The notes under the pieces were generated by a model that saw nothing but the letters and a program-made list of their open reading frames with translations, was not told the DNA's origin and searched no databases. A stretch of DNA of 64,000 nt from Muribaculaceae bacterium (GTDB lineage: Bacteria; Bacteroidota; Bacteroidia; Bacteroidales; Muribaculaceae), in the NCBI GenBank assembly GCA_009775375.1, contig VSPO01000002.1:3593-67592 (forward strand), in the 5' to 3' direction. Within the stretch, counting starts at the first letter, position 1. The number at the start of each line of letters is the position of its first letter. A program made the position numbers and the translations under genes. Below, one piece after another: positions 1-10,423 of this stretch.

Positions 1-62
1 GGCTCTTTTTTGGTTCGCCCGGATGCGAGCGGATGAAGCTTAGGGCTTCATGGATTCAGTTT

Positions 63-3000
63 TCATTTCTTGAAGAGGCGGTGGGTCTCGGTCTTGTCTG
101 CGGAGGATACTCTCAGGAGGTAGAGACCGGAGGCGTTGCCACCGAGGTTGACAGAGATCTCTTCGCCGGAGGCTGCGTTGACTTCGTCAGCGTAGATTGA
201 TTTTCCGGAGGCGTCGTAGATCTCGACAGAGAGGAGGCCTGTCCGTAGGGAAGTCATCGACAGGGTTTCGCTGAATGCGACCGTGTTGACCTTCACCAAA
301 GAGGAACCTTCAGCCTCGATACCGTCGATGCCTGAAAGGTCGCTCACCTTGACTGTGAGAGTCATCGGAGTTGAGAGACCCTTGTCGTCGGTGGCGGTTA
401 CGACAGCCTTGGCGGTGCCTAATGCCTTGCCACGGAATATTACGCCGGTCTCGGTCGTATAAGCCTCAACGAAATCATTGGCCTCGATTGAGAATGAGAA
501 GGTCATCTCGTCGTTGTCGGGGTCGGAGAAGAGGTCGGCAAATTCAGTCACCTCAGAAAGCTCACCGAGCTTAACGTCGATAGTCTTGTCTTCGACAGCG
601 ACAGGGGCACGGTTGACTTTCTCCACTTCGTAGCCGACGGCGGCATTCGCAGAGTGGTTCTTGTCGTCGGAAGCGGAGATGGAGAAGCTATAGTTGCCGG
701 CGGATCCGAAGCCCGGGGCAATAGCCACGTTGACGGATACAGGCAGCTTAGCCTTCGACACCTTGAAGGAACCATCCTCAGCCTTGGAGACAATGGCATC
801 CTCTTCCACGGCTACAACGTCATTAATGGAGGCGAGACCGGAAGCATCGCTAAGCGAGATGGTCATGTCGTCGGCATCAGGATCAGACACCTTCACGGCA
901 ACAACCGTGGTCTCACCCTCCTTGGCATATACCTTGGCGGAGGGCACCTCGATTTCAGGAGCCGCGTTGAGGTCGAGATAGATCGGGAAATTGATCTTCG
1001 GCATCATCGGGTCGTTGGTCTTTATGACAACGACAGCCTTGTTGCCCTTCTCGACGCGAGCTGCGGCAGCGTTGACCTGCACCTTTACATCGAGGTTGCC
1101 CTCGGCTTCTACCACACCCTCTGTCGGCTCATTGAGGAGCTTGATCCAGGGTTCGCCGGGTTTGGTTTCAAGGCAAGTGTTCATATAGCCCAAGGAGCCA
1201 TATTGCGATTCAAACAGCTCGGCGACGTCATACCAACCGGATTCCTCGGTCCAGGCCATGTAGCGTCCGTTGGAAACGGGTTCCTCCTTCATGCAAAGGA
1301 AGGCGGGAAGCTGAATACCCTCGGGATACGTCACCACCATGCAGAACTCCTCACCGGGATTTATATAAACCGGGCGATCGAGAGCCGCCACATAGAAACG
1401 ACCCTGTTCGGGGTGCTCAGGATTTGTAGAGGCGATAAACGATCCTCTGCCGATCACTGCGGCGTCTTGACTGTCGGGGCTGTTGCCGGAGATGAGTTCC
1501 ACCTTGACGGAGACGTTCTCCAGACCTTCCGTCTGCACGGGCAGATAGACGTGGGAGATGTTGATGCCTGCCTTGGGAGCCACGAAAGCCGTGGAGGTCT
1601 TGAAGATGTCGTAGAGCGTGTTGGATCCATAGTTGTAGGAAGCCTTTGCTCCGGGCATCGCGTCGTGGAAAAGAGCCTGGGTATACTTGAAGTCGGAGGG
1701 GAGGTCGAACGGATTCACGCCTTCCTCATCCGCATAAGCAGAGATGCGCTTTCCGAGATCAGCCTTCTCAATCGAGAAAGGAGCGAGGTTGAAGCTTTCA
1801 GCGCGATTCTTCTTCACGTCGGTAGGCGCGATTCCTCCGCCACCCTGTTCGTCGTCGACCTCACCGACACCTGTCGGGTCGAGAGATAGCGTATAGGTCA
1901 GCTTATACTCACCCACGTTGCCGATCTTCAGCGTCTCAACGGAGATATGGTCGTCGGCAGCGTTGGCCACGCGGATCTCCTCCTTGTCGAGAGTCATCGA
2001 CGGAGCCGGAGTCACGGTGAACTTCACGTTGACGGTCTTTGTCACGGGTTCTGATTCCTCGTCGAGCTGATAAGCCACCATGACGGGAATCTCGTAGACA
2101 GAAGGAGTCATCCAATATTCAGTCTGGGCTATCGCCATAGCAAATTCCACGGGAGCCTTTCCAACCTGCACGGGCTGGAAGAAGCCGGGTTCTACGGGCT
2201 GCCAGATCAGAGCACCGGTAGGCTCGCCGGTCCACATGTCGAGTTCAGGCAGCTTGGCCATGAGCATGAAAGCGGGAGTGGTCCAATCGGGGAAGTCGGG
2301 ATCGGCCACGGTCGGAGCCTCATAAGAGACGGCAGCGAGCGTGTATGCCGCAGAACCTTCGTTTCCTACATTGAAATAAGCCGCGTATGGAAGACCCATC
2401 TGCACGAGAGGATCGGAGAAGTCGGAGTTCTGATAACCCATGACGTTCTCTATTTCCACCTTCTCGGGAATGACGGGTTTCGCCTCGCCCGTCAGCGTCA
2501 CGTTGACAGGAATAGAGATTTTCTCTTTCGAAGGCACGTTGGTGGCCAGCGCGATTGCCGACTCATAAACGCCCGCGAGGCGGTCGGTGTTGACGTTGAC
2601 GCCGATCTCATGTTTCTCGCCGGGAGCCACAGTATTGGTCACGACCGGGCTGAAGCTTACGGCATTTCCGAATGCGATGAAACGCTCGGGGAGACGGATT
2701 GCGTTGACACCCTCAGAGTCGGAAACACCGGCGAGACCGAATGGACTTATGATGGCTGCGTTCTCGTCGAGCGCCTTGTATTGGAACTTGAATGAACCAT
2801 CCTTTTCAAGAATCACCTGGAAGCAAACGCCGATGTTCATCGAGTTGCCATATTCCATGAAGGAAACCACGGCGCGGTCGTCGGATAGATAATGATAGGT
2901 TCCGGCGGTCTTGGTGGTATTCATGGAGTGGAGACCCCAGTAGGGAGCGATGATATTGTTGAAGACCGTGCCTTCGGGGAAGTCGGCCGGAGGCTCGGGC

Positions 3001-6000
3001 CAGATCTTGTCGTCGCGACGCTGAGTGAATGATATGAAGCCGGTGTTGTAGATATACATCTTATCGTACTTCTTACCATAGAACGGGAATTCGAACGGCA
3101 ACTGCACCTCGACGTAATCGTGGGAGTTGTAGTAGCGGAACGGATTCTGCTCGCCGAGACCGTTGCTGACGATGTCGACCCAATCATAGGAGGCCTCTTT
3201 GTCGACTGAAGCACCGTAGACATAAGAAATCTCCGACTTCTCTGACTCGGGCACCGCAATCTTCACATCCTCAACGGGAGAGAAGGAATAGACGAGAGGC
3301 TCGTTTCCGGAGTTGGCAATCTCCAAAGTCTTTGAGAGCGGGGAGCCGCTTTCGACTGTGGCCTTAATCTCCTCGAAGGAGAGGTCGGCAGCGGGACAAC
3401 CGATCACCTTGCCCTTGACATTGACAGAGATTTCCTTCACGTCGGTGGCAACAGACAGCTTGCCGCTGATTTCGCCCTCTTTTTCAGTGGAAACCTTCAC
3501 GAGGACATCAACAGAATTTCCGGCCTTCACCACGCATGGGAACGCATCGGCATTGGCAATCGACAAATCGGAAGAATCCAGCTTGGGAAGCTCCACTTTG
3601 AGGGAGTTGTGGCCTGTGTTGCGTACAGTCACGGGGATAACGAGCGAAGACGTGCGGAATACCTCGCCGAAGTCAACGTCGGTGTTGTCGATGAGGGCAT
3701 CGGCGTCAAGACCCTTCGGATCAATGACGGCGTTAAACCTGACAGCGGCGACAGCAGGAGCCGGGTCGTTGGTCACGATGGCGAGATTGTTGAAGGTCTC
3801 TCCGGCGTTCATATCCTTTGAAACGCTGACGCTTGCCTTCACCTCTACCTTCTCACCCGGAGCGATGATGCCATAGGCGGGGGATAGCGAGCGGACAAAC
3901 TGAGTCTGGGGAGCTTCGAACCTTACGGCCGTGCCGGTTCCGAACAGCTTGAAGCGGCTGTTGTCGGCTGTCGGCTCATCGACTTCGAAATAGTCGGCCA
4001 TGTTGGCAGACGTCACGGTCAGCTGGTCTTTGAGCTCGGGGTCGTTGATGCCGCAGAACAGAGAGCTTCCGGACTGGAAGAAATTCAGGGCCACATAGTC
4101 GTCGTAGTGCATCTCGATGTCGCCCGAGGGGGAGAGCTGCACGTGGAAGGAGACGGGGGCATAGTCGGTGTTGTAGACGGGCGCGAGCACGTTCTTGAAA
4201 TTGACAACGAAATTGCCGTCTTTCCATCCATACTCAATCCTGGACTCAGGACCCATCTGGAGCTGGCTACCGTAGGCGGAGATAAGACCCGTCCCGGCGA
4301 TGCTCGATACATTCTCATATAGCGGCGGACGGAACCTCTCCTCCGTATTCAGATTGAAAAGGAGGCCACCATAGGAGGTGATGTAGACGTTGTCGTAGTT
4401 TTTGCCGTAGTAGGGGAATGAGAATCCGAGGGAGACGGGCTTAGTCAGATATGTGTTGTCGTTGAAGACTCCCGTCACGTCGACCGCATTAACCAGCTCG
4501 GGAGCCGCTGAATATTCAAACGGGGCAAACCCTTCGAGGTTGGAGAAGACGGAATAGCCGAACTTATGGAGCTTGGCCGCACCCTCAATCGTCGCATCTG
4601 AGAATTTCGGGAACACAAATTCCAAAGGATACTTGCCCTCATTGCTTACATTGAAGGAGAACTCCTTTGCCTGCTCGCCAAGCGTCAGCGTTCCGGCATC
4701 CACTACTTTAGGATCGACGGCGACTTTGGCAGGCTCCGTGGCCACGCCACGGACAAGAACCTTTACTTCATTACCCTGATAGTCTTTGAAGGTCACGGTG
4801 GCGCTATGGGATCCGGCATCCTTGGGAGTATAGGTAAGCTCGAATTTGGTCGTTGTGCGGGCGGGGAATCCACTCTGCACATAGTCGGGACCCTTGAAAT
4901 TGTCGGAGCTTACGGAGATGTTCTGCTCAAACAGCCCGGCACCAAACTCAGACCCACGGAACGAGCCATAGCCCTTGTTGTAGACCTCCACTACCAGAGT
5001 CTTTGAATCGCCAACGAGAAGGCTGCCGAAATCGACTACTTTGGGCACTGTCACCGAAGGAGTGTTGCCACTGACAGCGAACTCGACGGGAACGCTTGCC
5101 GTGCCGGCTCCGGATTCGTTGGTGGAGAGGGAGAGGTCGAACTTATAATTTCCATTGACGAAATTCTTGCCGTTGGCCTTAACCGTGACGGTCTGCGATT
5201 CTCCCTGCTTCACCGTGCCGGACTCGGGGTCGAGCTCAAGAGCGCGGCTCCAATCGGGATTGAGCGAACGAGCCTTGACAGCCCATACGAACGACTGTGC
5301 CTGGGGTTCGTAGCCGCTGCCTTTGAGAGCGGCTGCAAGGAGCGTCCAGGTCTTGCCCAGGTCGTTGCTCATGAAGCTGTTCTGAGAAGCTCCGGATACG
5401 GACGTGCGACCCATGCTGAGGGGATAGCCTTCCTGGCCGGCATCGAAATGCACCACAATCCAGAATGACTCGCCCGGAGCGAAGAAGAGCTGACGCTTTA
5501 GGGCGATGTTGTAGTTGTAGGTGAAGAAAGCATAATCGACATCCGTGATCAGCGAAGCGTTGGAGATGGAGACATCACCTTTATAGATGCTGATTTTGGG
5601 ATTTGCACCGAATATTCCCTCCGTCGGGGCTTCGAGCAAGACGTGGGTCAGATTGAAGCCATCGGGATATTTCTGGGGATCGACCTTGAACCACTGAGCC
5701 ATAGAGTTGGGGAGAGACTTGTCTGACTCTCCGATCATTGCCCAAAGTAGCTCGTGGGCGAAAATCTCACCGGGATAATCGTCGGCGTTGAATTCCGGAG
5801 CGGCCGCCACCTTAGCCCTGTTGGCAGCGAAATCGGAGATCTTTCCGCCGAAAGGTCTCACCGGACCAGGCTGCGGACGACGCGACATCAGAGTGGCACC
5901 GACCGTATTCTTCTCGGCCTTCCATTTAAGGATGCCCTCAGCCTCGTTGCCAATCGTCAGGGTTGCGGAGGCATTCGGTTCGGAGGCCGTGGCCGTCATC

Positions 6001-7877
6001 TGTAGCAGACTTTCCGCGAGAGTCATTTTCGGACCGGCGTTGGTGCTGACCGACTTAACGGGGGAAAGCGCGGAAGCCTTTCCCCAGCGGTTGACGGCCT
6101 GAATGGCCACGTAGTATTTTGTAAGGTTGGCGAGCCCGGTGATTTCCGCCGTGCAGAGATCGCCGGAGTTGAGGAACTTCGAATCGACAACCAGACGGGG
6201 CAGCTTGGTCAAGTCGCTTTGAGGAGTGAATTCCTCTGTGGAATAGTAAATAATGTGGTTGTTGACGTTGTTGTCGGGGGATGCCGGCACCTTCCACGCC
6301 ACATTCATATAGTCTTGCGAAGCAGAGAGCTCGAAGTCGGCCACGGCCTCAGGCGCTCCGGAATCGTCCATGGCGACAGCCTTGGCGGCATCGAGATAGC
6401 CGCTGCCGAAGAGTCCGGCCACCTGGGAGTTGTTGCCATAGCCATAGAAATCGTTGACAGAGGTCAGCAACTGAGTGCGGAGGCTTTCGTTGAGGAATGT
6501 CGGGGATCCATACTTCGAGAGCACAAGCGCGGCTACGCCGGAGACGTGGGGAGTAGCCATCGAGGTTCCCTCATTGAAGCCATATTCATTCCCCGGGAGA
6601 GTGGAGAGCACACCCTGGGCCTCGCCATAGTCGAGCAGACCACCGGGAGCGACGATGTCGGCCCAGGTGCCGTTGCAGGAATAAGAGGCTGGGGTCAGCT
6701 CGGAGGTCATAGCCGTCACGGCCACCACCTTGTCGTAGGCAGCGGGATAGAACATCCCGGTCTTGCCCTCGTTGCCGGTGGCGAAAATGCAGAGGCCACC
6801 GTTCATTTTGTCGGAGCGAGCCTCGGCCGTGAAATAATCGATGGCGTCGAGCACGGCTTGCTCGTAGTAGCCTTCGGTGGGCCATCCCCAGGAGCATTGG
6901 GCGATGGTGGCTCCTTTTTCAGCAGCATAAACGATGGCGGCGGCGAAGTCGCCTTCAGCCGTGCCTGAACGGGAGTCGAACACCTGGCAAGAAAGCATAC
7001 GGATGCCGGAGTCGGCAGAGCCGTCGCCGCCGGCCACGCCGGCTACGCCGATGCCGTTGTTGTTGACAGCCGCCACAGTGCCGGCCACGTGTGTGCCGTG
7101 GGAATGAGGATAGATTTTGGGTTCGTTCGTACAGAAGTTCCAACCGTAGATGTCGTCGGGATATCCGTTGCCGTCGTCGTCGACACCATCTTTGCCGTTA
7201 AGCTCGGCAGGGTTTTTATAGATATTGGCGGCAAGGTCTTCGTGGGTGTAGTCGATTCCACCGTCGATAATCGCCACCAATACATCTGGTTTTCCCGTGG
7301 TAGCCTTCCACGCATTGAAGAGATTTATGTCGGCACCGGCCACGCTATAGGGGATGTCGCCGAAATTCTGGTAATGCCACTGCTTAGGGAGGAAGGGGTC
7401 GTTGAATGGCATAGAGGCCGCAGCCTTGGCCACTGTGGAGCGGTCGAGCTTACGGAATCCCTGATGCCCTTCCTTAAGCGACATGGGGGTCACGATTTCA
7501 GAGCGTTCGACACCGGCTGTAGTGGCGAAGATTTTTCGGGCCTCTTCGGGAGAGACCGATTCATCGAAATTGACCACATACCAGCGATCGAGGCCATATT
7601 TTGCCCTTTGGCGTGCAAACTTCTGCACGTAAGGGAGCATCGGCCTGATGCTGACAGCTTTTACGTCGCGGGCCGCCCTGTCGAGAGGCGTAATCCCGGT
7701 AGTCACGGCTCCTCGCGACTGCGTCAGCGGGGCATTTCCCACTTTCAGCGCCACTTCAGGCTGCAACTTGACCCGGATCACGCCCTTCTTTGGCGCATTC
7801 ACCGCATCCGCACCTCGTGAGATGGCCGGACAGAACATGGCTGCCAGCAGCATCACAAAATAGACGAGTTTCTGCAT
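63..7877 (-). CDS. Giant S8 (subtilisin-family) serine peptidase with multiple Ig-like/inserted domains and a probable T9SS C-terminal sorting domain
   Basis: 2604 aa with a signal peptide. Catalytic motifs IIDGG, HGTHVAG, oxyanion GNE and GTSMATPHVSG. C-terminus EIYDASGK...GLYLLRV...HRLFKK fits a type A T9SS CTD. Confidence 0.9.
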   Translation of the reverse strand: MQKLVYFVMLLAAMFCPAISRGADAVNAPKKGVIRVKLQPEVALKVGNAPLTQSRGAVTTGITPLDRAARDVKAVSIRPMLPYVQKFARQRAKYGLDRWYVVNFDESVSPEEARKIFATTAGVERSEIVTPMSLKEGHQGFRKLDRSTVAKAAASMPFNDPFLPKQWHYQNFGDIPYSVAGADINLFNAWKATTGKPDVLVAIIDGGIDYTHEDLAANIYKNPAELNGKDGVDDDGNGYPDDIYGWNFCTNEPKIYPHSHGTHVAGTVAAVNNNGIGVAGVAGGDGSADSGIRMLSCQVFDSRSGTAEGDFAAAIVYAAEKGATIAQCSWGWPTEGYYEQAVLDAIDYFTAEARSDKMNGGLCIFATGNEGKTGMFYPAAYDKVVAVTAMTSELTPASYSCNGTWADIVAPGGLLDYGEAQGVLSTLPGNEYGFNEGTSMATPHVSGVAALVLSKYGSPTFLNESLRTQLLTSVNDFYGYGNNSQVAGLFGSGYLDAAKAVAMDDSGAPEAVADFELSASQDYMNVAWKVPASPDNNVNNHIIYYSTEEFTPQSDLTKLPRLVVDSKFLNSGDLCTAEITGLANLTKYYVAIQAVNRWGKASALSPVKSVSTNAGPKMTLAESLLQMTATASEPNASATLTIGNEAEGILKWKAEKNTVGATLMSRRPQPGPVRPFGGKISDFAANRAKVAAAPEFNADDYPGEIFAHELLWAMIGESDKSLPNSMAQWFKVDPQKYPDGFNLTHVLLEAPTEGIFGANPKISIYKGDVSISNASLITDVDYAFFTYNYNIALKRQLFFAPGESFWIVVHFDAGQEGYPLSMGRTSVSGASQNSFMSNDLGKTWTLLAAALKGSGYEPQAQSFVWAVKARSLNPDWSRALELDPESGTVKQGESQTVTVKANGKNFVNGNYKFDLSLSTNESGAGTASVPVEFAVSGNTPSVTVPKVVDFGSLLVGDSKTLVVEVYNKGYGSFRGSEFGAGLFEQNISVSSDNFKGPDYVQSGFPARTTTKFELTYTPKDAGSHSATVTFKDYQGNEVKVLVRGVATEPAKVAVDPKVVDAGTLTLGEQAKEFSFNVSNEGKYPLEFVFPKFSDATIEGAAKLHKFGYSVFSNLEGFAPFEYSAAPELVNAVDVTGVFNDNTYLTKPVSLGFSFPYYGKNYDNVYITSYGGLLFNLNTEERFRPPLYENVSSIAGTGLISAYGSQLQMGPESRIEYGWKDGNFVVNFKNVLAPVYNTDYAPVSFHVQLSPSGDIEMHYDDYVALNFFQSGSSLFCGINDPELKDQLTVTSANMADYFEVDEPTADNSRFKLFGTGTAVRFEAPQTQFVRSLSPAYGIIAPGEKVEVKASVSVSKDMNAGETFNNLAIVTNDPAPAVAAVRFNAVIDPKGLDADALIDNTDVDFGEVFRTSSLVIPVTVRNTGHNSLKVELPKLDSSDLSIANADAFPCVVKAGNSVDVLVKVSTEKEGEISGKLSVATDVKEISVNVKGKVIGCPAADLSFEEIKATVESGSPLSKTLEIANSGNEPLVYSFSPVEDVKIAVPESEKSEISYVYGASVDKEASYDWVDIVSNGLGEQNPFRYYNSHDYVEVQLPFEFPFYGKKYDKMYIYNTGFISFTQRRDDKIWPEPPADFPEGTVFNNIIAPYWGLHSMNTTKTAGTYHYLSDDRAVVSFMEYGNSMNIGVCFQVILEKDGSFKFQYKALDENAAIISPFGLAGVSDSEGVNAIRLPERFIAFGNAVSFSPVVTNTVAPGEKHEIGVNVNTDRLAGVYESAIALATNVPSKEKISIPVNVTLTGEAKPVIPEKVEIENVMGYQNSDFSDPLVQMGLPYAAYFNVGNEGSAAYTLAAVSYEAPTVADPDFPDWTTPAFMLMAKLPELDMWTGEPTGALIWQPVEPGFFQPVQVGKAPVEFAMAIAQTEYWMTPSVYEIPVMVAYQLDEESEPVTKTVNVKFTVTPAPSMTLDKEEIRVANAADDHISVETLKIGNVGEYKLTYTLSLDPTGVGEVDDEQGGGGIAPTDVKKNRAESFNLAPFSIEKADLGKRISAYADEEGVNPFDLPSDFKYTQALFHDAMPGAKASYNYGSNTLYDIFKTSTAFVAPKAGINISHVYLPVQTEGLENVSVKVELISGNSPDSQDAAVIGRGSFIASTNPEHPEQGRFYVAALDRPVYINPGEEFCMVVTYPEGIQLPAFLCMKEEPVSNGRYMAWTEESGWYDVAELFESQYGSLGYMNTCLETKPGEPWIKLLNEPTEGVVEAEGNLDVKVQVNAAAARVEKGNKAVVVIKTNDPMMPKINFPIYLDLNAAPEIEVPSAKVYAKEGETTVVAVKVSDPDADDMTISLSDASGLASINDVVAVEEDAIVSKAEDGSFKVSKAKLPVSVNVAIAPGFGSAGNYSFSISASDDKNHSANAAVGYEVEKVNRAPVAVEDKTIDVKLGELSEVTEFADLFSDPDNDEMTFSFSIEANDFVEAYTTETGVIFRGKALGTAKAVVTATDDKGLSTPMTLTVKVSDLSGIDGIEAEGSSLVKVNTVAFSETLSMTSLRTGLLSVEIYDASGKSIYADEVNAASGEEISVNLGGNASGLYLLRVSSADKTETHRLFKK

Positions 7878-7947
7878 AAGTTGTTGTTGTTTAAATGGTT
7901 GTGAAAAAGCATTCTTTTATTTATGCAAATAAAATTCCAAGAATATG

Positions 7948-7955
7948 CAAAGGTA
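7948..7955 (-). promoter_or_regulatory. Bacteroidetes -7 promoter element (TACCTTTG) upstream of the S8 peptidase
   Basis: Matches TAnnTTTG about 70 nt upstream of the ATG in an AT-rich spacer. Confidence 0.55.
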
Positions 7956-8101
7956 GCAAAATAAATCAGAAAGAATCGCATTGATTAAATCTTTTTTAGG
8001 AATAAACCGGGAATTGTTTGAGGGGTTGTAAATGCGGTTGTTGCTATAGTATTGTGTGATTATTGCAATATTGACGTTGCTAATTTTGCAATTTTTATGG
8101 T

Positions 8102-8148
8102 AAAGCCAAGCCCTTTGCGGGGGGACATTCCGCAAAGGGCTTGGCTTT
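8102..8148 (-). terminator. Intrinsic terminator of the lut-lactate permease operon
   Basis: Perfect 19-bp inverted repeat aaagccaagccctttgcgg / ccgcaaagggcttggcttt just after the permease stop. Confidence 0.8.
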
Positions 8149-8181
8149 GGATTTCAGGAGGCCTACTTGGCCGGATAGGGA

Positions 8182-9765
8182 TTAGCAGCCGAGAATTACG
8201 ATCAGGCCGCAGATGATGATGTAGGCCAAGGAGTAGGGGATGGCCTTTCGGAGGATGGCGTCGTCTTTCCCTTCCATATCGCAGGCAGCCGTGGCGATGG
8301 CAATGCTCTGCGGGGAGATCATCTTTCCGCCGGTGGCTCCGGCCGTATTGGAGGCGGCGAGCCAGTCAGTCTCAGATCCGGTGAATCCGCACACGGAGGT
8401 CTGTCCGGTCATTCCGAGTTGGTGGGCTACGTTAGCCTGGAGTTTGCCGAAAAGGATATTCGAGGAGGTGTCGCTACCGGTGACGAATGTTCCGATTGCT
8501 CCGATGAGGGGAGCGAAGAATGGATAGAACGAACCGGAAATGGCCACGAGTCCGGCCGCGAGGGCAGCAATCATGCCGCTATGATTCATCACTGAAGCCA
8601 GGGCGATGAGGCTTATGATGGTGATTGTGGTGAAGCGGAGATTGAAGATTGTCTTTGCCATGACGGCTGCGAGCCTGGAGACGCTCAACCCTTGGATGAG
8701 ACCGCCCGCGATGCTGCCGATGAAAAGCATGACTCCGGCATTGCTGATCCATCCGAACTTAAACGTAGATCCGACTACCGGGATGGGGAAGGAGGAGACA
8801 AGATGCGACTTCAGGAACGATTCAACCGGCGGACAGAGTGCACCGCCCACGAGGATCAACACGAGGATAAGGATATAGACGCTCCAAGCCTTCATTGTCT
8901 CTGCGAAAGAGTAGCGCGGGCCGGACGAGGATGAAGCCTTTCGGCGGGGGATGAATAGGCGGTCGTAGACAATCAGCGCGAGGATGGCGGCAATGGAGCC
9001 GAGGATGGCCGGCGTCTCCGCGCCAAGTAACGTGGCACACAGGAGCTGGACGGCAAGGGATATTCCACCCACCCAAACAGCTATGCAGACGTTTTTCATC
9101 CAGGCTTTTTTGTCTGTCAGCATCAGAATCGTGAATGGAATCAGAATGAAGAGCGGGGATAGCTGGATGATAGCGAATGTCGAGACTTCGCAGATTGTGG
9201 CGGATGACGCTGCGCCGGATGAGATTTCGTTGCAAAGGGTGGTGATAGGCACTCCGACAGCACCGAACCCCGTTGCAACGGTGTTGCCCAAAAGCGCGAC
9301 GAGGGCAGAGAACATCGGCTTGAAGCCAAGGCCTATCAGTATGGCGGCCGGGATGGCCACGGCCGTACCGAATCCCGCCATACCCTCAAGCAGACCTCCG
9401 AATCCCCAGACCATCATAAGGACAAGAATGCCCCGGTCGTCGGTGAAGGAAGTGAATTGGCTTTTGATTACCTCAATGGCCTTTGATTCCACGAGCACGT
9501 TGTAGCTGTAGATGGCCATAAGGATGATTATCAGAATTGGGAACACAGCCTTCAGTGCGCCCTCCACCACACTCCAACCCACGAGGGAATAGACCGAGTC
9601 GGAGGCATATTGAGCCGGGATGATGCCCATTGCGGGCGCGCCCCAGAGAGCAAGGCCGACAGTGGCGATGAGGGTGATAAGGGCGCTTTTCCATCCCGAG
9701 ACCTTGAAGCCAAGCATCAGGACGAACAGGAGAACGACGGGAAGGATAGATATTAAGGCATTCAT
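8182..9765 (-). CDS. lctP: L-lactate permease
   Basis: Polytopic membrane protein with FGGLLEGMAGFG, GSDTSSN and GKMISPQ motifs; last gene of the lut operon. Confidence 0.9.
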   Translation of the reverse strand: MNALISILPVVLLFVLMLGFKVSGWKSALITLIATVGLALWGAPAMGIIPAQYASDSVYSLVGWSVVEGALKAVFPILIIILMAIYSYNVLVESKAIEVIKSQFTSFTDDRGILVLMMVWGFGGLLEGMAGFGTAVAIPAAILIGLGFKPMFSALVALLGNTVATGFGAVGVPITTLCNEISSGAASSATICEVSTFAIIQLSPLFILIPFTILMLTDKKAWMKNVCIAVWVGGISLAVQLLCATLLGAETPAILGSIAAILALIVYDRLFIPRRKASSSSGPRYSFAETMKAWSVYILILVLILVGGALCPPVESFLKSHLVSSFPIPVVGSTFKFGWISNAGVMLFIGSIAGGLIQGLSVSRLAAVMAKTIFNLRFTTITIISLIALASVMNHSGMIAALAAGLVAISGSFYPFFAPLIGAIGTFVTGSDTSSNILFGKLQANVAHQLGMTGQTSVCGFTGSETDWLAASNTAGATGGKMISPQSIAIATAACDMEGKDDAILRKAIPYSLAYIIICGLIVILGC

Positions 9766-9783
9766 AAAATACGGAAATTGTTT

Positions 9784-10404
9784 TTAACGGATTTGCTCTT
9801 CCATAAGGATGAGGGTCATGCTTCTCGCTGCCTGGGCGCCTCTTACGAGCACCTGGGCTATGTCGGCCGTCTTCGACGGGCCTGCCATAAAGACTCCATA
9901 GCCATAGCTTTGGAAATCGTCGTAGCCGAACTTCGGGGAGGTTATCAGCGCGTAGGCCTCGTGCATGTTGTTGACGATTTCCTTCTTCGGCATCACTGCC
10001 ACGATATTCTCCGAGATGAAGCAAACGTCGCGCTCCCTCATTTTTTGTGGAATCCACACGCTTCCGTTTTCCGCCACTCCAAGCATGGCGCGAATGACTC
10101 CTACGTCGGTGCCATTCAGGGCTTGGGCGTCCTTGACCGTGTCGGGGTTCAGCGTAGCGCATTTCACCTCGCTGAGATTGGAGGCAATGACCTTGGCGTC
10201 GGGATAGACCTTGGCTATAATTCCGTCGATTTCCTCTGGAGATTTGGCAATCTCCACGTGGCATCCGGCAGCCTCGGCCTGGGCGACAAACGTCAGCAGG
10301 ATGTCGTCGTATCTTGTGGGACGGAGGTCGTGGAGAGAGGGGCGTTCGTAGCGACGGGATATGGATGCCCGGCACCTTTCGATTATCTCATTTCTTGTGC
10401 TCAT
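9784..10404 (-). CDS. lutC: Lactate utilization protein C (LUD domain)
   Basis: GVAENGSVW and GPSKTADI...GAQ motifs; operon context. Confidence 0.85.
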   Translation of the reverse strand: MSTRNEIIERCRASISRRYERPSLHDLRPTRYDDILLTFVAQAEAAGCHVEIAKSPEEIDGIIAKVYPDAKVIASNLSEVKCATLNPDTVKDAQALNGTDVGVIRAMLGVAENGSVWIPQKMRERDVCFISENIVAVMPKKEIVNNMHEAYALITSPKFGYDDFQSYGYGVFMAGPSKTADIAQVLVRGAQAARSMTLILMEEQIR

Positions 10405-10423
10405 TTTCAGTCAGTGTAGAGGA

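Noticed and set aside
654..1889. 411-aa plus-strand ORF and other long antisense ORFs (12792-13718, 19804-21129, 41853-43013)
   Set aside because: They are shadow frames of well-supported genes with GC-biased codons and show no recognisable motifs.
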